58,143 bases of DNA from Trebonia sp. (GCA_030043595.1 JASHXJ010000034.1:1-58143), one strand, 5' to 3'; shown: positions 18,603 through 28,879, counted from the first letter of the stretch. The notes: generated by a model not told the origin, from the sequence alone. Made by a program: numbers and translations.

Positions 18603-19821
18603 CGAGGCCCTGACGGTTCGCTGGTAGTCCAGGAGCAGACGGCTTCCTCCTGGTCAGGGCCTGGAAGACGGCGGCGGTTATCTCGTCCCAGTCCCGCAGG
18701 CGACCGCTGCGCTCGGCGCTTGCCTCCGGGTCCATGAGTGCAGCTCGTCTGAGTGCCAGGTTGAGCACCTTGGCGAGATTCGCCGGGTCCACTGTTGCGA
18801 TGAACCCGTTCTGCCCCTCGGTGATCAAGTGGCGGGAAGCGTTGTCCGGATGGTTCACAGTCACGACGGGCAGCCCACAGCAGTTAGCCTCGATTAGCAC
18901 CACCCCGAAACCCTCACGTGTCGATGGCAGCGCAAAGACACTGGACGACTTCATTATTCCGTAGATCTCGGCTCCTGGCAGGAAATCCTGGAATACCACA
19001 TTCCCTGCCACACCCAGCTGTTCGCTGAGTGACTCCAGTCGTGATCGCTCCGGGCCTTCCCCAACGATTCTGCAGCTTAGCTCGGGCCGATCATCTTTAA
19101 GCAGAGCCACGGCCTGCAGCAGGAGATCGACGTTCTTGTGGGAGAGAAGCCGGCCCGCGAAGAGGATATCCGAGCTAAGTTCCGATGGTTCCGCTGCCTG
19201 GATAGCTACTGTGTCGACACCAAGCTCTATTACATGGATGGGCGCAGTCACGCCCAGCAAGCTAACCAGACGCTCCGACGTTTGCTCCGACACGGCGACG
19301 ATCACTGGCGCAGCGCGCGCCGCTAGCCATTCTGTCGCCGCGCTTATTGGCGCAAGCCTGCCCAGGTAGTTCCCCCAGTAATCCCTGCCCCACACTTCAT
19401 GCCAGGTTACAACCATCTTTTTCCGCCGCAGCGCGCAGATGATGCGGGCGGCGAAGATCGGGAAGTAGGGTATATGATCAACATCAAAAACGTCCACCTG
19501 TGCTGTCATCAGCCTGAACGTTGCCAGCCCGAAAAGGAGAGCCTGCAAGATCGATCTGCGTTCGCCTTCATAGAGAGAATGCCGTCGGCAGATCGCATGG
19601 AACTGCACGCCCTCGAGCTCTAGGGTTTTCTTCCCCTCCCACCACTGCATCGTATATATGTGGACTTCCACGCCCATCCCGTAGAGGCGCCGCGCGATTT
19701 CCCACAGGCGCCGCTCTTTTCCACCTTTATTGAACGGATAGACGCCGTCACTTACAAAGCCAATTCGGAGCTGTTGCCTGTCCGGCTTGGTGAAGCTTGT
19801 CAAGATACGCCTCCGGGTCAT
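18574..19821 (-). CDS. GT4 glycosyltransferase
   Basis: DGVYPFNKGGKERR, TWHEVWG, AGRL..HKNVD, PSTREGFGVVLIEA. Confidence 0.93.
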   Translation of the reverse strand: MTRRRILTSFTKPDRQQLRIGFVSDGVYPFNKGGKERRLWEIARRLYGMGVEVHIYTMQWWEGKKTLELEGVQFHAICRRHSLYEGERRSILQALLFGLATFRLMTAQVDVFDVDHIPYFPIFAARIICALRRKKMVVTWHEVWGRDYWGNYLGRLAPISAATEWLAARAAPVIVAVSEQTSERLVSLLGVTAPIHVIELGVDTVAIQAAEPSELSSDILFAGRLLSHKNVDLLLQAVALLKDDRPELSCRIVGEGPERSRLESLSEQLGVAGNVVFQDFLPGAEIYGIMKSSSVFALPSTREGFGVVLIEANCCGLPVVTVNHPDNASRHLITEGQNGFIATVDPANLAKVLNLALRRAALMDPEASAERSGRLRDWDEITAAVFQALTRRKPSAPGLPANRQGLDVDQVKDPT

Positions 19822-20792
19822 CCCGTCACGGTCGCATTTGCTTCCTCATCGGCCTGGGCATTCGTGTTGAAAGCGGTGACCAGTCCATTGTGCGTGGGCC
19901 CGGCACGCGTGTCCAGATTCTGGAAAACCGAGGCGTGCACGGCATCTTCCGCAGCAAACAGGCGGCTACGGCGCATTGTGCGTACCCTCAACAGGATGGC
20001 AAGGCACTCAAAGGCGTCTCGCCAGTTTATTTTCTTGCCCTGCGCATGGGACCGGCTGTAGTAGCTGATAGGGACTTCGAACGGCCTGATTCCGAGGCGC
20101 AGTAGAGTCGCGGTAAGTTCGGTATCCAAGCCGAAGCCTGGCTCGCGCAGCGAGAGGCTTCTGAACAGCACGAGGGGTACGATCTTGAGGCACGTATGCA
20201 GATCGCTTACGCTAGCGTCGAAAAGGACATTTGCGATTCTGGTCAAAAACCGGTTCCCCACCGCATATCTATAGGACTGATAGACAGTGTTAAATCCGAA
20301 CAGCCGCGCACCGTAGACGACTTCGTAGCGCCGCTTAATGATCGGCTCTATCAACCTTGGAATATCTTCAGATGAGTATTCCAGATCCGCGTCGAACGGA
20401 AGTATGTGCGTGCCCGTCGCCAAGGTGGCCGCCGTTCGAATTGCGGCTCCTTTCCCCTGGTTCGCGCGGTGCCGATGCACTCTTAGCCTAGGGTCGCTTA
20501 TCCGCGCTGCAAGCGCAGCCGTAGCATCTGTGCTTCCGTCATCAACTACGATAAGTTCTATTTCGCACGGATAGGACGTCAGCAAAACCTCGCGAATAGC
20601 CTGAGTTATTGTTTGCTGCTCATTAAATGCGCACATGAGAATAGAGATTTTAAGCGGCACGTCTTCGGCGCGCGGCATTGCTTCTACTGATTGTATAAGG
20701 ACATCCTCAGACCCGAAGCCATGCGAAATTGATGAATCAACAAGCGCCACGTCACGTTTGTCCGGGACTTGCGTGTTCCCCTGATCCTGCAT
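19818..20792 (-). CDS. GT2 glycosyltransferase, DPM1-like (polyprenol-phosphate sugar synthase type); start uncertain
   Basis: VVDDGSTD, NQGKGAAIR, DADLEY, EVPISY.SR...GKKI.W.D; ATGA overlap with the downstream GT4. Confidence 0.9.
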   Translation of the reverse strand: MQDQGNTQVPDKRDVALVDSSISHGFGSEDVLIQSVEAMPRAEDVPLKISILMCAFNEQQTITQAIREVLLTSYPCEIELIVVDDGSTDATAALAARISDPRLRVHRHRANQGKGAAIRTAATLATGTHILPFDADLEYSSEDIPRLIEPIIKRRYEVVYGARLFGFNTVYQSYRYAVGNRFLTRIANVLFDASVSDLHTCLKIVPLVLFRSLSLREPGFGLDTELTATLLRLGIRPFEVPISYYSRSHAQGKKINWRDAFECLAILLRVRTMRRSRLFAAEDAVHASVFQNLDTRAGPTHNGLVTAFNTNAQADEEANATVTG

Positions 20793-21632
20793 CAGGGGTT
20801 TGCTTGCACGCTGAGTCCGAGTAACAGACAACCCATCCCCCCTCCATAAATTACTAATCAACGCAATCGCACCTGCAACCACTGGGACCTGAGAATCGGA
20901 ACCAGCGATCCTTGCCAGGCTGTGCGGTATCAGGTCATATCTACCGCCTGAGGTACTGTTGAGCAGATAAGGCCACCTCTGTCCTGTTATGTTACTGAAT
21001 CGCGCGATTCCGCCCCGGGTGCGTTGCCGACTCCACGGCGACCGCGCTTCACCTCCCCCTAGCCGTCTGGGCACAATACCCGTCTATAGACGGACGTGCG
21101 AGATCCTGGGTAGGTTTACACCGGTTTCAGTAGAACGACGGAATATCTTTCGGTCAGCGCTGCCACACCGAGTGTTGCCGGTCACTACCCGCCCCCCTCG
21201 CCGGGCAGTCACGCAACCGACACCGAGCCATGTTCCGTCCCAAGGGGCGTGGCTGGCATCGCGTCCAGCGTGAGCCTGGGTGCGCGGTGCGCGTACTCTC
21301 AACCCTGCGTCCAGGTGCAAGGCCCGGTCGCGGCCGACTTTGGACAGCGCAGCGATCGTCGTCCCAGTGGCACCGGCGCTGCCGACGGCTATCGAGCACA
21401 GTCGGTCGGCGTGCTGGACAGCGCGACGCTCCGGACACGCGCCCCAGGACGGCCAGGCCCTTTCAGGCGCCGCGGCCCGGGGGGCATGGACCGTCTGCAC
21501 GGAGACGGGAGTTCAGCTGGGTATCTGCAGGCACGAAAAACCGGGGCCGGCGCAGTTGCTATCTTTTGCTCAGCTGGACTTCGTACAGGCGAGTGGAATG
21601 TACCTGACTACTGGAAGGCACGGGACCCGGAA

Positions 21633-22178
21633 GTGACTGACCAGGCTATTGCCCGCAGACAAACGAATGTGCTGGTGCTCGAGGCCTTGACATTCGGCTT
21701 GGCGTACGGCGCGAGCCTCTGCTGGGCCTCGGCCTGTCTGGTGGGATGCTTCCGACCCAATGGGCTAAGCGCTCCTTACTGGAACCAGATTCCGCAGTTG
21801 CGTACCGACACTTCCGGAATCATAGCCTTCTTCGCTGTCGCACTGTTCTTGCCCTGCAGCGAATTCCTGCGCCTTCGGCGACGATGGGTTGGCGGCGACG
21901 CATTCGATGGACCGGCCTTCGGAGGCTTGATAAGTGCGGCCGGGCTGGCGACATGCGAGACCATTGGATTCCTGACGACAGGGCTAGTCATCTATCTGTC
22001 GGTCAACACGGTCACCCACCCGGAAACCTTGAGTATGCAGGCTACGCACCTGGCGTCCTGGCCAACAGAGGGAACTCTGCGCGTGTCCGCACTCTTGCTG
22101 TGCGTATGCTCTGCCGCCCTTTTCCGCTTCTTGAGAGCTGAGTGCAACGTCTCGCAAGGGGCTGAGGAGGATAGCTGA
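21633..22178 (+). CDS. Hypothetical 4-TM membrane protein; start uncertain
   Basis: Four hydrophobic segments in the 3' part of ORF 21249-22178 (YLSVN.VTHPETL...THL..WPTEGT). Confidence 0.6.
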   Translation: MTDQAIARRQTNVLVLEALTFGLAYGASLCWASACLVGCFRPNGLSAPYWNQIPQLRTDTSGIIAFFAVALFLPCSEFLRLRRRWVGGDAFDGPAFGGLISAAGLATCETIGFLTTGLVIYLSVNTVTHPETLSMQATHLASWPTEGTLRVSALLLCVCSAALFRFLRAECNVSQGAEEDS

Positions 22179-22187
22179 TACCCGCAC

Positions 22188-23309
22188 CTAGCGCGGTTCT
22201 GTCAGTGCCTCCAGGAGGGCTCGGGTACGCTCGACCTGGCGCGGCCAGGTGTATTCTCGCGCCACCAGTTGCCGTCCTGCTTCCCCCAGCGCTGCGAGGC
22301 GGGCCGGATCGGCCACGGCCCCGCGGAGGCACCTGGCCAGAGCGCCCGCGTCATTTGGGGTCACCAGAAGACCGGTCACGCCATCGTCCACTAGCGATGG
22401 CAGCGACCCGATAGCGGCGGCCACAACAGCGGTGCCCTGAGCCCAGGCCTCCAGCAGCACAGTTGGAAAGGCATCATTGGCTGTAGTCGAACACAGTACG
22501 AAAGCGGCCGCCTGCCGAAGGAGGGCGTCACGTTCGGCCCCGGCAAGCGACCCGGCAAACCGCACTACATCAGCCAATCCCAAGTCACGAACCCGTTGCT
22601 CGTACCTAGACCTGTCGGCACCATCCCCTACCACCGTAAGCGTGACGGGCTCGCTATCACGCTTAAGCATGGTCATTGCGTCTAGTAGCAAATCCAGGCC
22701 CTTCCAGCGATGCGTTGGCTCCAGATTGTTGACGAAAATGAGGCCTTTCCCCGGCTCCGTTCGCGCTCCCGCCACCTCAGGGACTGCGTTAGCTACGACT
22801 ATGGTTTTACGCTGCCACCGCGGCAACTGCTCGCGCACGTAGGGTGACACGGCAATAATGGTATGTGCCTTAGCCATAGTTAGCCATTGCACCGCCAGAT
22901 AGCCGCGGGTAATAAGCCTCATCATGAGACCGCCTGGCTTAAACAATGTCGCGGCATGGTATGTCACCACGACCGGCCATCTACCCGACGCCAAGGACAC
23001 CATGTCGACCATAAATGGCACAGGCGTGTGGGCGTTGATGACATCTGGCCGCTCGCGCCTGATAATCCTCCGCAGCCACCAATACCATGCTGGATTAACC
23101 GGTGTATTAGACACCACTTTCCACACCGGCAGCCGCCACACTGGGTAGTCATCAGCCTCGGTGCGCACTGGGTGCCGTACAGTGGGATCACCACATACCA
23201 CCACCACCTCACAGCCGGCCTCGGTCAGTCCCCGCGCCAGGAATCGCGCGTAATTCTCCATTCCGCCAATCCGCGGCCAGAAGTAGGGTGTCGCAATCAG
23301 TACTTTCAT
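22188..23309 (-). CDS. GT4 glycosyltransferase
   Basis: PYFWPRIGGMENY, INAHTPVP, KGLD.LL.A, DAFPTVLLEA; GGAGG RBS. Confidence 0.93.
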   Translation of the reverse strand: MKVLIATPYFWPRIGGMENYARFLARGLTEAGCEVVVVCGDPTVRHPVRTEADDYPVWRLPVWKVVSNTPVNPAWYWWLRRIIRRERPDVINAHTPVPFMVDMVSLASGRWPVVVTYHAATLFKPGGLMMRLITRGYLAVQWLTMAKAHTIIAVSPYVREQLPRWQRKTIVVANAVPEVAGARTEPGKGLIFVNNLEPTHRWKGLDLLLDAMTMLKRDSEPVTLTVVGDGADRSRYEQRVRDLGLADVVRFAGSLAGAERDALLRQAAAFVLCSTTANDAFPTVLLEAWAQGTAVVAAAIGSLPSLVDDGVTGLLVTPNDAGALARCLRGAVADPARLAALGEAGRQLVAREYTWPRQVERTRALLEALTEPR

Positions 23310-23410
23310 TCGTACACCTCCGGCCATTGCCGCCGCGCCGATCGCCTTGGGTGATCCGAGGGTAAGCGACGGTCCTCGAGAAGCGCGGCAGAAGGCTACG
23401 GGAGTAGCCG

Positions 23411-23467
23411 GTCCTGGACGAGCTCCCGGCTGATGCAGTCGGTGATGACGCCTTCCAACTAAGACAC
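23411..23467. repeat. 57-bp direct repeat of 24669-24725 (truncated second copy of the ACP 5' end)
   Basis: 52/57 identical by eye; the minus strand reads (L)EGVITDCISRELVQDRLLP*. Confidence 0.85.
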
Positions 23468-24466
23468 ATCCGCTGCTGCCGTGGCCCTCGTGCTGGTCCC
23501 CGCCGGGAGCAGCCCGAGGCTGACAAGGTCCTCGGTTTGATACCAGTAGAACCAGTCGGCGAGGCTTGTCCTGATAGCGGCGTCCATTGCGGCCACGCAG
23601 CGCCCGAAGGCCGTCGTCGTCTCGCCGTTCAGCGGTAGCGGCGGCGAGATTTCCAGCACCTGATGGCGGTAGTCGGCGGAGCGGTGCATGAAAGTCATGA
23701 GCACCGGGGCACCAGTCAGCTCTGCTAGGGTCACCACCCCCGGCAGGAGCCTGGCGTGCCCTCCGAGGAAAGGCACTTCGACAGCGCGGGCACGGTCAGC
23801 GTCTAGTGGTGCGGCGTCGCTGCAGATCGCCACCACCTCATTGGCGCGAAGCACGGCTGCGGCCTGGGCCGCGACCTGAACCCGGCCCGGCCACGGCTCG
23901 ATGCTCGGTCGCTGCCGGTGGCGCAGCACACGCCTGACGTAGACGAAATCCCATATCCGCCGCTCGGCGTAAGACACATCGGGCGCATACCAGCGCCCGA
24001 TGGTAGTTACAGGGAAGCCGCTGGCGTGCAGCAGGGAGAAGGCGCTTATGTGGGAACCGTAGTGGGCGGTGCAGAGCAGGGCTCCCTTGCCTCCGGCCAG
24101 CGCAGCGTCCAGATGCTCGCGGCCGCGGATCTCGACCAGTTTCCCCAGGGGCCGGGCCCGGCCCCGCAGCAGCATCACGTCGATGACCGCGCACGAGATT
24201 GACCGGAAGACGCCCCGGGCCAAGCGCTTAGCCTCATCCGGGCCCACCTCGTCACCGAGCACCAGGCGCAGGTTACGTACGATCTCAGAACGCTTCGCGG
24301 CCCAGTACCGGAAAAGCAAGTCCGCCCGCCAGCAGGCGACACGGTAGGCGATGCTGGCGGGCAGGCGCGCTGTCAGCGGGGCCACTGCCAGCCAGTAGGC
24401 AAGACCCTCTGCCCTGCTCAGCACCCGTCGGCGCGGAGGACCTGCCGCCTTAGCAGCCTCACCCAC
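23459..24466 (-). CDS. LpxL/HtrB-like lysophospholipid acyltransferase family protein
   Basis: VEIRGREHLDAALAGGKGALLCTAHYGS, LRANEVVAICSD, VPFLG, C-terminal W.YW. Confidence 0.85.
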   Translation of the reverse strand: MGEAAKAAGPPRRRVLSRAEGLAYWLAVAPLTARLPASIAYRVACWRADLLFRYWAAKRSEIVRNLRLVLGDEVGPDEAKRLARGVFRSISCAVIDVMLLRGRARPLGKLVEIRGREHLDAALAGGKGALLCTAHYGSHISAFSLLHASGFPVTTIGRWYAPDVSYAERRIWDFVYVRRVLRHRQRPSIEPWPGRVQVAAQAAAVLRANEVVAICSDAAPLDADRARAVEVPFLGGHARLLPGVVTLAELTGAPVLMTFMHRSADYRHQVLEISPPLPLNGETTTAFGRCVAAMDAAIRTSLADWFYWYQTEDLVSLGLLPAGTSTRATAAADVS

Positions 24467-24716
24467 GGGCGCTTCGTTCCCAGGCCCTGGCGCGCAAGTA
24501 AGCGCAGATGGCGTCCACACTCGCGAAATTCTCAGGGATCAGGTCCACATCCTCCACCACGATCCAGAACCGGTCCTGGACGAAAAGCACCAGCCTGAGC
24601 AGGCTCAGCGAGTCCAGGACACCTGTCTCCAGCAGCGGAGTCCCGTTCCCCAGCGGCAGCAGGGCCGGGTCTTGGACGAGCTCCCGGCTGATGTAGTCAT
24701 TGATGACGGCTTCCAA
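24459..24716 (-). CDS. Acyl/peptidyl carrier protein (DltC-like)
   Basis: 85 aa; GVLDSL phosphopantetheine site, PENF.SV..I; GGAGG RBS, TTG start. Confidence 0.9.
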   Translation of the reverse strand: MEAVINDYISRELVQDPALLPLGNGTPLLETGVLDSLSLLRLVLFVQDRFWIVVEDVDLIPENFASVDAICAYLRARAWERSARG

Positions 24717-24755
24717 CTAAGACACCTCCAGTGAGCTGTGGCTCGCCCACGTTGA

Positions 24756-25246
24756 TTACCTGACCTGCTCCGCAAGCTCGGCACGGTCGACCTTGCCAGT
24801 GGAAGTCCTTGGCAGCGCCTCGCAGAATTCCACCACGTCCAGCACTATGTACGCCGACAGCCGCCGGCGGCAGTGGTTAAGCACCTCCTCACGGGTGAGA
24901 CTACGAGGGTCATCGGCGGTGATGACCGCGCGGAGACGGTTCCCGAGCAGTTCATCCGGCATGGGAGGCACCACCGCTTCGCGGATGGCCGGATGCTCGT
25001 ACAGTGCGGTTTCCACCTTCCCGAGTTCCACCCGGCAGCCGCCACGACGCACGCGGCGGACTTGGGAGCGAGGATCCCCACGCGGTCACCCGCCCGTACG
25101 CCTCGGGTGAGGAGCGCGCGAGCTATCTGATTGCTCAGCCTGTCCAGCTCCTCATACGTGAGGAACTGCTCTCCCACGGCCACCGCCGGCCGCCGGGGCG
25201 CCCGGGCCGCACTCTGCATCAGCAGATGATGCAGCAAATACGCCAT
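24756..25246 (-). pseudogene. Amino-acid adenylation enzyme with a large internal deletion
   Basis: The N-terminus (LTYEELDRLSNQIAR.L...GV..GDRVGI) is joined out of frame near 25050 to the C-terminus (RVELG..E.AL, LPRTSTGKVDR). Confidence 0.88.
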
Positions 25247-25857
25247 GTTCCCCTGCTTTCCTCTTATGGCTCAAAGTGGGTCAAAGACCTAGTATCCGTG
25301 ACAGCGACCCGCTGTACAGCTTGGTCCGTTGAGAGGGTAGCGATCCCCCTGCCGCTCAGCGTGGGTCCATACGCTGAACGCGTCGGAACCGGAATCAGGC
25401 TGGTCATCGCGTACCCCGATGAGCTCAGCGACACCAGCCCGGGCAGATAGGCCTGCTGCTGCGCAGGCACACCGAGCTTCACCAGCGGCTTCTCAAGGCT
25501 CGACAGCTGCGCGTTCAGCGAGAAGGTCAGTCCGCTACCGTGATAACCGTATGGCTGGGCCTCTATAACCGGACCGTCGGCTATGTCGCCCCCGCCGCCA
25601 CTTCGTTCGACGGGGACTGGCAGCCACGCGGATTCCGGGTCCGGAGTCATGCAAAGACATAGCAGGTCACGAAGCCTATGTATCATGCTCACGCCGAGTA
25701 ACAGGCATCCCCGGTCCCAGCGTTCCGCAACATACACCCACTCAGCGTCCAAAGGTGGCAAGCATTTCCCCCACCAATAATTCACTAAAGTTATGCGTCA
25801 GTCTAGATCCGTCGATCTAGGGGCATACGCATAGATGTGACGCATGAAGTCACCAAG

Positions 25858-26230
25858 TGGTTTACGTACGCGTGCTCGCGGTGCACGGTGTCGATGTACT
25901 GCGGGTGGTGGCTGCCCGGCGCGCCGCCTATCCCGGAGTCCGGGATGTTCGTGCAGGTGACAGCGCACTTCCCGGCGGTCTTCTTTTCGTAGTCCGTCAG
26001 GTTCCTCGGGTGGCGGCGGGACGGCTTGACCCGCCGGGCGATCCACCGCAGCCCGCCGGGCCAGTTCCCGGCCCGGCTCATCGGGTGCGTGATCTCCGTG
26101 ACGTCCTTGTCCTTCTCGGCGCTGCCGTCCCGCCGGTGCCGGTCTTCCACGCACCGGCGGGGACCTGGCGGATGGCGTCCTCATCAGCCGCGGTGATCAT
26201 CCAGCCGTTGGTGAACAGCAGTGCATCAGC
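25858..26230 (-). mobile_element. IS1380-family transposase remnant
   Basis: WP.GLRWIARRVKPSRR..LTDYEK.T...CTNIP...PGSHHPQYIDTVHREHA; frameshifted, no ends visible. Confidence 0.75.
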
Positions 26231-26329
26231 TTGGTCAGGCCAATCCGGCGGCTGGACTGCATGTCATCCCGGTCGGCGGTGAACGGCGGGCGCGAACAGC
26301 CGCGCCCGCGGGTGACCGCGCCCCCGGCC

Positions 26330-26500
26330 CGGGCCACGACCGCACCGGCCCTGGCCGCATCGCCTGGACCGCCGCCCGTGCGGCTGCGCTTGACCGTGAT
26401 CCGGATCCAGCGGCTGAAGTTCCGGGCCTCGGCCCAGTCGCCTGATCCCATGGCACCACTGCCGGCCACAAGAACCGGTGCCAGCGCAACACCCCGGCCC
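26330..26500 (-). mobile_element. Tyrosine recombinase/integrase N-terminal remnant
   Basis: LRWHRFLW..VVPWDQAT then frameshift to AEARNFSRWI.ITVK, resembling actinobacterial integrase N-termini. Confidence 0.6.
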
Positions 26501-26573
26501 GCGTCCGCCGCTGGTTAAGGAACAGAGAACTCACGCTCAAGGCACGACCAGAACGCTCAGGCTAAACGACAAG

Positions 26574-28031
26574 CTAGGGCGAAGAGCTGGCGGTAACCGC
26601 CTGGCCACGGATCACCTTGCCGGTCGCGGTGGTTTTGAGGTTGTCGACGCTGACGAATCGGCTCGGCTGCTTCGGCCCTGATAGTCGCTGTCGGCAGAAA
26701 GTCCGGAGAGCGTATAGGTCGACGTCGGCCGGAGTTACCGTGGCCCTAATCCGTTGGCCGAGCCATTCGTCCGGCTCACTGTCAACCAGGCAGGAGCGCA
26801 CCGTCGGGAACTCCAGCAACACGGCCTCGACCTCCTCCGGGCTCACTTTCGTTCCGCCGACGTTGATGCAGTTGGCCAGCCGGCCCACGATCACCAGTCC
26901 GTCTGGCGTCATACGGCCGATGTCGCCGGGGACAAAGCCATCCGCGACCGGCGCCACATCGACCCGATCCGGGTAGAGGTATCCGATCATCGCGGCCGGC
27001 GAGTGGACCACAACCATGCCTGGCGGTGAGCCGGCTGCGTCGCCCGCCAACGGCTGCGGCACGGACTCTAGGGGACGCAGGTCCACCCGGACCCCTTTGA
27101 GCGGCTGGCCAACTGAGTGTGCATCCTGCCACGGGGCCGGCGTCCGAATGCAGATGGCGCCGGTTTCCGTCGTGCCATATACCTCACCGAGCCAGCCGCG
27201 GAGCGCGGTCCCGACGAGTTCAGCTGTCCGCGGGTCCATTGGCATGCCCGCGGACATGTAGCCGATGCGACGCGTTGGCCGACCGGTGGTCGTCTCGGCC
27301 AGCAGTCGCAGCAACGGCGGCACACCGACCACGAACCTGACGTCCTGTTCATTCAGGGCGCGCAACAGCATCCCAGGCCGGTCCGTGGGGGTGACGATTG
27401 TAGTGGCACCTGCCAGCGGACCAGCCAAGGCCGCAAATCCGTAGCCGTAAGTGTGATGCAGCGGCACCGGGCAAGCCAGCACCGTGCCCGGACCTAGGTC
27501 CAATGTTGTGCGGAAGTTCTCCACCTCCGCCAGCAGGGCGCTGACCGGACGCAGCGCCAGACGCGTGTGTCCGCTAGTGCCGGAAGTGAGCTGAGCGCTA
27601 GCAGCGCCACCAGGCGGCACTTCGCCGGGCGGCTTTCGTACGATCAGTCGTTCGCCAGCCACCACGCCACCAACCCCCGGCAGCAGAGGCCAGTCGAGCG
27701 GCGCGGCCAAGTGTGTCAGAGCGGCTAGCTCCTCGGTCCGCTCCCGTTCCCACTCGCTCATCTGCCGTGGTAGCGGAATCACCACCGCATCAAGCGCGAG
27801 CACCGCGAGCACGTCCGCCAGAAACGAGGCGGCCGGCCGGGCTACTGCCCCAACTCGGCAACCTGGCCCGATCCCGGCTCGGCGGTAGGCTTCGAGGCGG
27901 GTTACGGCAAGGTCGGCAAGATCCTGCGCTGTGGTGTTCCTCGTTTCCTCGACGAAGAGCACTGCCTGTGGGGATCGCCCAGCCGTCGCCCGCAGCAACT
28001 CGAGCGGCGCGCCGCCGTTGCCGTCGCTCAC
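26574..28031 (-). CDS. Class I adenylate-forming enzyme (acyl-CoA/acyl-ACP ligase)
   Basis: TSGTSG P-loop, PLHHTYG, YGTTETG, GD.G, INVGG.KV.PEEVE, TATGKV. Confidence 0.92.
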   Translation of the reverse strand: MSDGNGGAPLELLRATAGRSPQAVLFVEETRNTTAQDLADLAVTRLEAYRRAGIGPGCRVGAVARPAASFLADVLAVLALDAVVIPLPRQMSEWERERTEELAALTHLAAPLDWPLLPGVGGVVAGERLIVRKPPGEVPPGGAASAQLTSGTSGHTRLALRPVSALLAEVENFRTTLDLGPGTVLACPVPLHHTYGYGFAALAGPLAGATTIVTPTDRPGMLLRALNEQDVRFVVGVPPLLRLLAETTTGRPTRRIGYMSAGMPMDPRTAELVGTALRGWLGEVYGTTETGAICIRTPAPWQDAHSVGQPLKGVRVDLRPLESVPQPLAGDAAGSPPGMVVVHSPAAMIGYLYPDRVDVAPVADGFVPGDIGRMTPDGLVIVGRLANCINVGGTKVSPEEVEAVLLEFPTVRSCLVDSEPDEWLGQRIRATVTPADVDLYALRTFCRQRLSGPKQPSRFVSVDNLKTTATGKVIRGQAVTASSSP

Positions 28032-28393
28032 TGCGACTCGGGTACGCGGGCCAGTGTGCCGCGCGCGACGGCCACCACGTGATCGGGGTCTTGGGGAGTG
28101 CGTACCGTGCCTGGGAACAAGGGCTCAGCCGGGCTTGGGTGGAAATATACGCCCCGTTGCCGGGCTCTGACCTGCAGAGCGCCGTGTGCGCCGAAGTCCA
28201 TCGTCTGGGCGGCCGCGCGAGGGTCCGTGAGCCGGTACAGCGACTCGGACAGCAACGAACCGATCAGGTTGACCCGTGCTGGGCGGTTCACCTCGGCGAA
28301 CATCGCGTGCGACCGTTGCTCAACGAGTTGCTCGCCGTTCGTGATATCGGTCCCTACGTGCGCTGTCGCATGTTGCATAACTGACTGAACCAT
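28028..28393 (-). CDS. Hypothetical protein (121 aa) coupled to the ligase
   Basis: GAAGGA RBS + ATG; stop overlaps the ligase start (GTGA). Confidence 0.5.
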   Translation of the reverse strand: MVQSVMQHATAHVGTDITNGEQLVEQRSHAMFAEVNRPARVNLIGSLLSESLYRLTDPRAAAQTMDFGAHGALQVRARQRGVYFHPSPAEPLFPGTVRTPQDPDHVVAVARGTLARVPESQ

Positions 28394-28534
28394 TGGTCCT
28401 TCCCCGCGCTCCCGCTCAGTTCGGCCGGACAAATTCTTATTGTTAGAGTTCGGCCTGACAACCCCTCGATGCTACAGATGGGTGGTCAGATCTTCTGGTT
28501 TAACCGAGAACTTGCGTGACCTGCAACGCGATGA

Positions 28535-28670
28535 ATGACCGCTGGGTATTCGGCAACCGCGACAGCGGCGACGCTGCCCTAGCCAGCTACTGGGACGAAC
28601 GGCGACGACGCAGGAAACCGCCCCTCGACCCGTTCCTGCTGCAGCTCCTCCGGCTGCTTGCGGCCTGCAC
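28535..28670 (+). mobile_element. Group II intron RT/maturase remnant
   Basis: DRWVFGNRDSG joined to DAALASYWDERRRRRKPPLD..LL.LL; both motifs are typical of actinobacterial intron-encoded proteins. Confidence 0.7.
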
Positions 28671-28879
28671 GATCCGGTCGCGAACCGGACGAATCGACAG
28701 CGGACGCTGCTGCGTCGCACCCGGCTTCGGGATCAGCACGCGCCGGGAAGGCAGCGGCCGACAGCGGCCTTCCTCCAGCTCCCGGCATGACCCCGAAGCG
28801 GCCGGACTACTCTAACGCCCGGGTGGGCGAACTTCGGGAAGTTAGCCCCTGCCCAGCCGGACGACACCGGTGCCTGGCC

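Noticed and set aside
25264-25785. 173-aa ORF as a real gene
   Set aside because: No recognisable family, atypical codon use, and it sits among mobile-element debris; it may be a degraded fragment.
25858-28670. Active mobile element mobilising the glycan island
   Set aside because: The IS1380, integrase and intron sequences are short broken fragments with no visible termini or att sites.
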